Below are positions 25,565-35,445 of a stretch of 64,000 nt of DNA, in pieces. Source of the stretch: Octopus vulgaris (Eukaryota); NCBI GenBank assembly GCA_951406725.2, contig OX597833.1, positions 24,180,001-24,244,000 on the forward strand. Reading direction: 5' to 3'. The notes under the pieces were generated by a model. That model made no database searches. It saw only the letters and a program-made list of their open reading frames with translations, and was not told the DNA's origin. Numbering within the stretch: position 1 is the stretch's first letter; every line of letters starts with the position of its first letter. Position numbers and translations under genes: made by a program.

Positions 25565-25692
25565 TAATAATTGTTTCTACTATAGGCACAAAGCTCAAAA
25601 TTATATGGAAATACTATACCATTTGAGCTTAAGTAAGATATCCTATGCCATCTTCATCAACACCACCTTGCTATTCCAAAAATAATCCTTAC

Positions 25693-25825
25693 CGCCAAAG
25701 AAGGGTCCACCACGTTGTTTGAGTTCCTCTTCAAAATAACGAAGCTGGATTACCATCTTATTTATCAAAGTATCGGTTTCATCACCTTTGTGTCTTCCAG
25801 CTACCTTCCTAAAGATTTTTAATAG
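25693..25825 (-). CDS. GSTO1: GST omega exon 4 (LLKIFRKVAGRHKGDETDTLINKMVIQLRYFEEELKQRGGPFFG-G)
   Basis: Within ORF 25643..25858; ttgcag| acceptor after a pyrimidine tract, G|gtaag donor; EEEL..R..PFFGG motif; 133 bp, phase 0 to 1. Confidence 0.9.
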
Positions 25826-26215
25826 CTGCAATGTTGAATAGTAATGAGATGTAGGCATGGAAAAAGTGGAAAGAGAGGATTTAGTGCAAAATTTTGGACA
25901 TTCAGCTTATTTTGTCAACGGTAACTTTTGGTACTGGAAGCAAACACATTCACACATGTATGCACAAATATACACATATATAGGCAGAAAGAGTGAGAGA
26001 GGGAGAGGGGGAGATAGAGAGAGAATGAAAGACACATAAAGACAAAAAATCATTATAATGTCTGATGTCAGGTAAGTGTGCATTGAATCAGCGATATCAA
26101 ACAAGTGATGCCAGAACAGCAAAACCTGGATGGAGATGGTCAACAAAAGAGGACTGTAGAAGTGTTGTATGGAGGACAGAGAAATACATAACATGGAAAG
26201 AAGGTAATTTATTTA

Positions 26216-26710
26216 CTGTAAATCCTCAAGTATAATACGCAGGGGATTTTTAGGAGGCTGTACCTCTGAAAAACCTAAACTTTGTGTATAATACACACCT
26301 CTTCTCTAACTTAAGTCAAGGAGGTCTATATAACGTCCTTGGTTTGTAAAAATGTATACGGTAATGTTCTTTATTATTATTGTATATATAACATAATGCA
26401 AACACGTAGCTTTTTTGGGCATTTTGTTTGCAGAAAATAAAGAAATAACAGTAATAACGTTTAATAAATGTTGCTTACTGCAAGTTATAGATGATTCTTT
26501 TATGACTTCATTGCTTTCAGGCTTAACTTAAGGTATTTTCGCACCCGACATAACAAAATGCATCTGAATAAACATTGCCAGACAGCAAATAGAGACTTGG
26601 ACATTGCTTAGAAAATAATTTTCATTTTTAACCTCGTATATAGTATGTACTAGGGATTTTGACCTTTAAATTTTGGGAAAAAAATGCAGATTATACTCGA
26701 GGATTTACGG
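26216..26710. mobile_element. pogo/Tc1-type MITE
   Basis: TIRs ctgtaaatcctcaagtataat / attatactcgaggatttacgg with TA flanks. Confidence 0.8.
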
Positions 26711-27615
26711 TATCTTTATTTATTTATGATTTTGCTTAGTCAGAAGAAAATGTGCAACACTTTTACAGAGTTTTAATAATCAAAGTTAACATCAAAACAC
26801 TAATTCGAAATCACCTCACAGAAATGCACATTGTAGTAGTAATTGAAATAAAAGTGTTTCAAATATAATGTTTGCAATGTTCTTTCTCCCACCCTCTCTC
26901 TCTTTCTTTCTTTCTTTCTCTCTCTCTCACATACACACACACACTACAAAGCTTAGAGATAGGCTGCTGAAATGAAATCGCTATCTTGCTTTGTGGGGAA
27001 GGTAAATCTTGACAAACTACTTCTCCCTCTGTTGTTGGACTACAGTGGTGTTTGTTTAAGAAAGAGAGATTATGACTGTAATAAAATAATGAAAGTAATA
27101 TTTACTAAGCAAGTGAGCACTATTATACAAAGAAATAATTAGTCATGGAATATAATAATTATTAGAATTGGGAATCAAATGTGAAAATATTATCAAGGGT
27201 CTTGCAGGAAACTACCCAGAGGTTGGTCTTTCTACTAGTATATACTATTTATTAAAGCCCCACCAAAATCTTCACAAACTGTTACTCAGAGTTTCACATT
27301 ACCAATCGTTGGATGGTTTTGTTTTTAAAATATTATTACAACTACCTGACAAAAGGTAGGGGGAAACTCTGAGTAACAGCTTGTGGAGATATTTACAGCT
27401 TTAATAAATCACATATTACATACATGTATAAAACCATTTAAGTATAGAGTTTAACAACAGAAAGTAGTGGAAGGAGCTAAGGTGCTGAATTCTCTTATAA
27501 TTCTTTAGTTACATTAAAACTTTATGAAACAACTTGTTTTTGAGTGATTTCCTGAAATATAAATGAGACAAGAGTCAAATATTTTAAAGCGAAGCACAAA
27601 AAGGGCTGCACTTAC

Positions 27616-27835
27616 CTTGTCCATAAGGCTGACTAACATCTGATCCTTTGCCTGACTATAAGGGTCAGTGGGAGTTAATGGTGGATTGGGAAAGATTTTC
27701 TCTAGATATTCATTGCAGATTATAGACTCGTAGATAATCTTGGAATCATGTTCAATGACAGGTACTCGACCTATAGGAGTTTTTTCGAGGAACCAATCTG
27801 GTTTGTGTTTGAGATTGATGTTCACTATCTCATGC
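27616..27835 (-). CDS. GSTO1: GST omega exon 3 (HEIVNINLKHKPDWFLEKTPIGRVPVIEHDSKIIYESIICNEYLEKIFPNPPLTPTDPYSQAKDQMLVSLMDK)
   Basis: Within ORF 27514..28074; NINL..KP.W, VP and YES..ICEYL GST N-domain motifs; tgtag| acceptor and AAG|gtaag donor; 220 bp, phase 2 to 0. Confidence 0.95.
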
Positions 27836-29338
27836 CTACATTTTAAACAATAGATTACAATAAATGGTAGACATGAAAATATAACATGATTATATATATA
27901 TATATTTATATCTGCATGCACACAAATATGTATATACATGTACACACAGATATGTATATACACATATATATGTATGAAGCATTGTCTGATATAGATAAAT
28001 GCTTTCATATTATTTTTTAAAGCCAAAACAATGCAAGTTAAAAGTAAAATCCATTCTACTATAGGCACAATCACTGAAATTATGTGGGAAGGGGTTTAAT
28101 CAATTACATCAACTCCAGTGCTCAACTGGCCCTTATTTTATCAGTTCTGAAAGGATGAAAGGTAAAGTCAACCTTGGTTGCATTTGAACAAATTACAAGA
28201 AATAACACAAGTCAATGGTTTGTATTGTTAATTTATATTTCAACTGTTCAGCATTAGGACCCTTTCTCGGGGGAATCTTGTACAGTATAGAGTAGTCAGC
28301 TCATAATACCACATCTCTGAAGATTTCCTGAAGAAAGGGTCCAAACCCCAAACTACTGAAATACAAGGTCAAAGTACAAACCATCAATCAATATGATATC
28401 TTATAACTTGTTCAAATGCTGCTACGGTTGACTTTAGCTTTAATCCTTTCAGGGTTGATAGAATAAGTACCAGTAGTGTATTGGGGGTTGTTGTAACAGA
28501 TTAAAACTCCCCACCACTCAAAATTTCTGGTCATGTGCCTACAATGCAAAGGATTATTTCTTACAACTTGCATTGTTTTGACTTCAAAAAAAAATTAAAA
28601 ACATTTAAATGCATATATGCATCTATGTGTGTATATAAATATATGTATGCATGTATGTAGGCAGAAGGAGACTGTGGTTATGAAGTTTGCATTGCAACTA
28701 CACAGTTTTGGATTCAGTCCCATTACATGGAATCTCGCACTTTGTGTTAGTCAATCTAAGGTTACAATTAGAAACACTTGCTCAAGGTGGAGCATGGTGG
28801 GATTGAACATGGAAACATGGTTGCAAAATAAACTAATTAATTACACAATCATGCAGAGATCTATATATAATCAGGCACATATTGTACCTGATTGTATATC
28901 ACAGGCAGGCACAGAAGACATATGGCTTAGTGGTTAGTGTATCCGGCTCACACTTGTAAGGTTGTGAGTTCGTTTCCTGGTGGTGATTTGTCTCCTTGAG
29001 CAAGACACTTTATTTCATGCTGTTCCACTCCACTCAGCTGGCAAAACTGAGTTGTACCTATATTTCATGCTGAATATCCATGAGAACTACACAAAGGCTA
29101 TGTGTATCTGTGGAGGGTTCACCTGTTTCAATATTAATTTCATGAGATGGCTGTTCCATTGATCGGATGAACAAGAACTATTCATTATCATAACCAACAG
29201 GGTGTCAGTTTAACACATGCACATATGGACACAAACTTACAAATATACATCAACATGTAGTTATACACACATATACACAATTTTCCTTTTGCACTCACTA
29301 TATACATTACCTAGGTATGAAACACAGCCTCACTCTCT

Positions 29339-29388
<50 letters not shown>

Positions 29389-29514
29389 GAATAAGATTCT
29401 TTATTCAATTAATATAAGATTGTTGATTTTGTTTAGGTTAATTAGGGTGTGACATTTGTAGGAGGTGAAGTAGATGGATATGGTTGAGAAAATAGTTCAC
29501 CACTTCTTTCACAC

Positions 29515-29568
<54 letters not shown>

Positions 29569-30897
29569 ATAGAGAAAATTGAAAATGCAAATCTTAAGCA
29601 GTCAAACAGATTAAACACATTAGGGTGTGACATTTGTCAAAGTAGGTGAAGTAGATGGATATTTATACACACCAACATAGTTCACCACATGTACAGGTAT
29701 GAAGATTCTCCAAGGGTATAAAGAATAAAACCAAACATACATAAAATTATAGCAGAAATATAAAAATATTTAAAAATACATATAAAATTACATAAAAATA
29801 AAGATTACATGTAAAGAGTTATGCGTGATAAATATAGGAGGTGCAAAATGAATGAGAGTTTGAATCATATATTTATACACACCAACATAAATCACACATG
29901 TACAGGTATGAAGATTCTTTTTGCCGAACCACTAAGTGATGGGGACGTAAACACACCAGCATCGATTGTCAAGCAATGCTAGGGGGACAAACACAGACAC
30001 ACAAACACACACACACACACACATATATATATACATATATACGACAGGCTTTTCAGTTTCCGTCACAATCCACCACAAGGCATTGGTCGGCCGGGCTAGC
30101 AGAAGTGCCCAAGATTGATAAATCACTACCCACAGCCACTCCTAGGAGTAAAAGCGTCAATTTTTAAAATGGCAAACCATCTCTGAATTGTCTAAGAATC
30201 GTGGCTGTGTGGTAAGTAGCTTGCTTATGAACCACATGTTTCTGGGTTCAGCCCTACTGTATGGCACCTTGGGCAAGTGTCTTCTACTATAGCCACGGGC
30301 TGACCAATGCTTTGTGAGTGGATTTGGTAGATGGAAATGAAAGAAGCCCGTCATATATATGTATATATATATATATGTATGTGTGTGCATATATGTTTGT
30401 GTGTCTGTGTTTGTCCTCCCAACATCGTTTGACAACCAATGTTGGTGTGTTTACATCCCCGTAACTTAGTGGTTTGGCAAAAGAGACCAATAGAATAAGT
30501 ACTAGGCTTACAAAGAATGAGTCATGGGGTCGATTTGCTTGACTAAAGGTGGTGCTCCAGCATGGCCACAATCAAATGACTGAAACAAGTAAAAGAGTAA
30601 AGAGAGTATATATTTATATACATTTATATTTTTTCTATATTTTTATTCTTTATACCCTTGGAGAAACTTAATACAGGTACATGCATCATTTATGTTGATG
30701 TGTATAAATATATATGATTTACTTTGATTGAATGTTTTCATTTATGCATTCGGGAATCTGTTTGACTGCTTAAGATTTGCATTTTCAATTTTCTCTACTT
30801 TATATTTTTTCACATTGGCTCTCTGTAAGCACTCTGTAAATAGCCCATACATTTTAAAACATATTTAATATTATACTCACACACACATATATATATA

Positions 30898-30937
<40 letters not shown>

Positions 30938-30941
<4 letters not shown>

Positions 30942-32211
30942 GTTGGCAAGAAAGTAATTTTGTTTTTCACAAATAGATAGAGTTACGATATTTTTGAATG
31001 GCTTTTCTTAATGTTATGATTTTTTTTTCCTTTTGACATTTGATTGTTGCTACCTTTAGCTTACTTCAGAAGCAAATTTTGCGTAATTTTGTTTACAATT
31101 GTTAGCTCAGTGTCAATTTTAAAATGGAGTAGCAAAAATGAACATTTTCACCATATTTTCCTTTTTATTTCTGTAAAGGTAAGAAAGTTGCAGAGGCTCA
31201 CAAAGAGATATGTGAAGTTTATGGCATTGATTGCTTAACAGAACGCACATGTCAAAAATGGTTTTAAAAAATCCGTTTTGGGGATTTTTTACTCAAAGAT
31301 GACCAACTAAAGTTGATGATGGCTGAATCAAAGCCATAACTGAATCTGATTGTCATACAACTGCGTGAGAGATTGAAGAGAGAGATTAAATGAATCACAC
31401 ACAACAATTGAAAATCACTTAAAATGTCTTGGACTTGTTAAGAAGCTCAATATTTGGGTTTCACATAAATTGAAAGAGATTCACTTAATACAATATATCA
31501 ATATTTGTGATATACATCTCAAACACAATAAAATTGATCTTATTTTGAAATGAAACATCACTGGTGATGAAGAATGGATTGTCTACAATAACATCAATCA
31601 AAAAGGATTATGGTCCAAGCATAATGAACGAGCACAAACCACATCGAAAGCTGAATTACATAAAAAAGTCATGCTGTCAATTTGGTGGGATTACAAAAGT
31701 GTTGTGTATTTTGAGCTGCTTCCAAGGAACCAAACAATCAGTTCAGATGTTTAGTGTTAACAATTAATGAAACTGGAGGAAGCAATCAAAGAAAAACGGC
31801 CAGAATTGGCAAATCATAAAGGAATTGTTTTCCACCATGATAACACTAGAACCACACATATCTTTGGTAACTCATGGAAAAGTATTGGAGCTTGGTTGGG
31901 AAGTGATACCACATTCACTACATAGCCCTGATCTTGCACCATCAGATTACCATTAATTTCAAAGTTTACAAAATTCTTTGACTGGTAAAACTTTTAATAA
32001 TGATGATGACCTGAAATCGCACTTGCTTCAATTTTTGGTTGATAAGGACCAGAAGTTCTATGAATGTGGTATCATGAAGTTGTCAGAAAGATGGCAAAAG
32101 AACATCAAACAAAATGCAAAAATATATAATTGATTAAAGTTCATTCTTTGTATGAAAAGAAAATGACTTTTATTTCACACTTAAAAGCTGAAATTACTTT
32201 CCTGCCAACCC

Positions 32212-32212
<1 letters not shown>
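30938..32212 (+). mobile_element. Full-length decayed mariner transposon in (TA)n
   Basis: TIRs ttgggttggcaagaaagtaattt / aaattactttcctgccaaccca; ITGDEEWIVY and SPDLAPSDYH motifs with stops and frameshifts; ~1.27 kb. Confidence 0.92.
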
Positions 32213-32246
<34 letters not shown>

Positions 32247-32284
32247 CACACACACACATATATATATATACACATATATATAGG

Positions 32285-32632
32285 CAAATTTATAGACACC
32301 ACCAAAGTGACAGAGGTGCAAAGTGGTACCACCATTGCTAGAAATAAGAGTCAAAATGACTCATTAGCCACAAAAGCACTATCTCCCTACGGTCGCAGAT
32401 ATAGCCATATCACATAATTTCAAATTTTGATGCAGAGCATATTAATTTTCGTCAGTGGCTAAGATGCTCAGCATCAAAATTTAAAATCGCGTGATATGGC
32501 TATATCTGTGTAGGGTGCTTTGTCTCCCTTGTCAATGTAGAAAGATAGTGTTTCTGTGGCTAACGTGTCATTTTGACTCTTATTTCTACAAGTGTCTTTG
32601 TACCCTCTGAAACTTTAATAACATCTATAAAT
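32285..32632. mobile_element. Fold-back element with hammerhead near its centre
   Basis: Diverged inverted arms, e.g. tagaaataagagtcaaaatgac / gtcattttgactcttatttcta and cagatatagccatatcac / gtgatatggctatatctg. Confidence 0.65.
32402..32461 (-). ncRNA. Type I hammerhead ribozyme motif, intact core, on the GST pre-mRNA strand
   Basis: UAGCCA-CUGACGA-AAAUU..AUGC(UCU)GCAU..AAUUU-GAAA-UUAUGUGA-UA-UGGCUA; helix I 6 bp perfect, AUA cleavage triplet. Confidence 0.75.
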
Positions 32633-32765
32633 ATCTCTTTAGGTTTTTAAATTGCTAATAAGCCACCCACATTATTTATATCTGCCTATATATATGTAAT
32701 GTATGCATGTATGTGTATATATATATATATATATATCTGTGTGTGTGTGTGTGTGTGTGTGTGCG

Positions 32766-32807
<42 letters not shown>

Positions 32808-33029
32808 ATTGTTAAAGAGGACAACAAACATTAAGACAAGGCAAACATCTCAAGTCGTATACAATATTATTATTGGAAAAATTCAAAGTCATATAGCTGT
32901 TTCAGGGATATCCCTGAGTATGAGATATTACCAGTGAGTGTGTTAAATTATAAGGCACAAAAAGAAAATGACTCTCCCCAGACACAGAAAGTGGATTTGG
33001 TAGACAGAAACTGAAAGAACCCTGTTGTG

Positions 33030-33064
<35 letters not shown>

Positions 33065-33274
33065 TTGTCTGTGCGTCTTTGTATCTGTGTTTGTCCCCCC
33101 AATCATCACTTGACAACTGATGTTGGTGTGTTTATGTAACATAAACACACATATGCATAGTGTATATAAACAGATGAGAGTGTGTGTGTGCGTGCGTGTT
33201 GGTGTTTCTATTTTTCTTAGTTTATAAACAAGTATATTTGATCCACACCTTTTCAAAGAACAAATAGCTTTCAC

Positions 33275-33326
<52 letters not shown>

Positions 33327-34209
33327 AGGCGTTCATGTTTATATCATTAAAGAATAAACAGCTTTCATCTATATATGTGTGTGTGTATATCATTATGTAA
33401 ATGATCAGGTATACATTAAACGATGATGATGATGATAATATATCCTTATACATAAACTTGCACATACACACATACATACATGTATACAGACACACACGCA
33501 CACACGCATCATATGTTTTCACATAAATGTGTGAAGCCATACTTTTATGTCACATAAAAGTAATACTTGAAACACACAGGCAATGGAAGCACATTGACAA
33601 TGAACCATACTTTAATAAACTGTGAATTTGCATAATAATAACAAGCATTTCTGATATAAGCAAGGCACAATGGGGAGAGTAATGGTTGAGTGCAAAAGTT
33701 TACTTTGAAGTTACATAGTCCTGTGTTGAATCCCCATAATTGGCACTTTGGGCATGGGCCTTCTTCAATAGCCTTGGGTTGATCAATATCTTGTGAGTGG
33801 AATCTGATTAATGGAAACTCTCTCCTTTACTTGTTTCAGTCATTGGATTGTGGCCATGCTGGGGCACCACCTTGACAAATTTGTAGTCAAGTGAATCACA
33901 CTCAGTACTAATTTTTTCTTTTTAGGGGTGGGATTTATTGTTTCAGTCAGTTTTGCCAAACTGCTAAGTTGCAAAGATGCAAACAAACTTTATCTGGTTG
34001 TCAAGCAGTAGTGGGACACACATATACACAAATAGATAACAGGCTTCTTTCAGTTTTCTTCTACCAAATCCACACACAAGGCTTTGGTCAGCCCAAAATA
34101 TTGTAGTGGACACTTGTCCAAGGTGGTGAGTAGTGGGACAGAACTCAGAACTATATGGTTGGGAAGCAAACTTCTTACCACAAGCCATGCCAGCACCTGT
34201 AAAGTTAGA

Positions 34210-34251
<42 letters not shown>

Positions 34252-34679
34252 TGGCTGTGTGGTAAGTAGCTTGCTAACCAACCACATGGTTTCGGGTTCA
34301 GTCCCACTGCATGGCATCTTGGGCAAGTGTCTTCTGCTATAGCCCCGGGCCGACCAAAGCCTTGTGAATGGATTTGGTAGACGGAAACTGAAAGAAGCCT
34401 GTCGTATATATGTATATATATGTATGTGTGTCTATATGTTTGTGTGTCTGTGTTTGTCCCCCCAACATCGCTTGACAACCGATGCTGGTGTGTTTACATC
34501 TCCGTCACTTAGCGGTTCGGCAAAAGAGACCGATAGAATAAGTACTGGGTTTACAAAGAATAAGTCTCGGGGTCGATTTGCTTGACTAAAGGCAGTGCTC
34601 CAGCATGGCTGCAATATATATATATATATATATAATGATAAATATCAAAGTGAGTTATATACAGTAGCGGTAACACATT

Positions 34680-34964
34680 GTGACGTATTTTTGCCATTTC
34701 AATATGGCTAACCCCTAAGGGTGGATGCTACTGTAGTGAAGGAAATCTAATTCTCGGCGACAACTATGATTGTCACACGCTGACGAGAGGTCAATACCTC
34801 GAAACTCGAGTCCGTGTGTATCATAAGTTGAAGACGGGAAGGATGACTTCCCTTTGCAAATACTGACAGGACACAGATAGTGTGTCTATGGCCTCCTGGG
34901 GCTAAAAACTACAGTAGCATCCACCCTTAGGGGTTAGCCATATTGAAATGGCAAAAATACGTCA

Positions 34965-34965
<1 letters not shown>
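34680..34965. mobile_element. Fold-back Penelope-like terminus carrying the intact hammerhead
   Basis: Perfect 58-bp inverted repeat 34680..34737 / 34908..34965; homologous to 2169..3355; between (TA)n tracts. Confidence 0.75.
34761..34830 (+). ncRNA. Type I hammerhead ribozyme, intact core, extended bulged helix I
   Basis: CACACG-CUGACGA-GAGG(UCAAUA)CCUC-GAAA-CUCGAG-UC-CGUGUG; helix I continues CAAC-UAUGAU/AUCAUA-A-GUUG beyond an internal bulge; predicted cleavage after C34812 (GUC). Confidence 0.9.
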
Positions 34966-35004
<39 letters not shown>

Positions 35005-35116
35005 TCTTTTACTTGTTTCAGTCATTTGACTGTGACCATGCTGGAGCACCGCCTTTAGTCGAGCAAATCGACCCCGGGACTTATTCTTTGTAAGCCCAGT
35101 ACTTGTATATATATAT

Positions 35117-35139
<23 letters not shown>

Positions 35140-35155
<16 letters not shown>

Positions 35156-35360
35156 TACATACATATATATATAAATATACATACATATATATATAAATAT
35201 ACATACATATATATATAAATATACATACATATATATATAAATATACATACATATATATATAAATATACATATATATATATAAATATACATATATATATAT
35301 ATAAATATACATATATATATATAAATATACATATATATATATATATAAATATACATATAT
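35140..35360. repeat. ~20-22 bp AT-rich minisatellite (ataaatatacatacatatatat)n
   Basis: About 10 tandem units visible. Confidence 0.85.
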
Positions 35361-35407
35361 ATATTATATATATACTTTATTTAAAAGCAGCAAAAATATA
35401 ACAAAAG

Positions 35408-35445
35408 CTGTTACTCAGAGTTTCACGTTCCTGTTCGTTAGACAG
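35408..35445 (-). ncRNA. Minimal hammerhead-like motif, one core substitution
   Basis: CUGU-CUAACGA-ACAGGAACGU-GAAA-CUCUGAG-UA-ACAG; the same GAAACUCUGAGUAACAG half recurs twice, inverted, at 27279..27379. Confidence 0.6.

Noticed and set aside
26960-27110. Conserved element shared with 59685..59832
   Set aside because: Two diverged copies in unrelated contexts indicate an ordinary dispersed repeat fragment; no further structure seen
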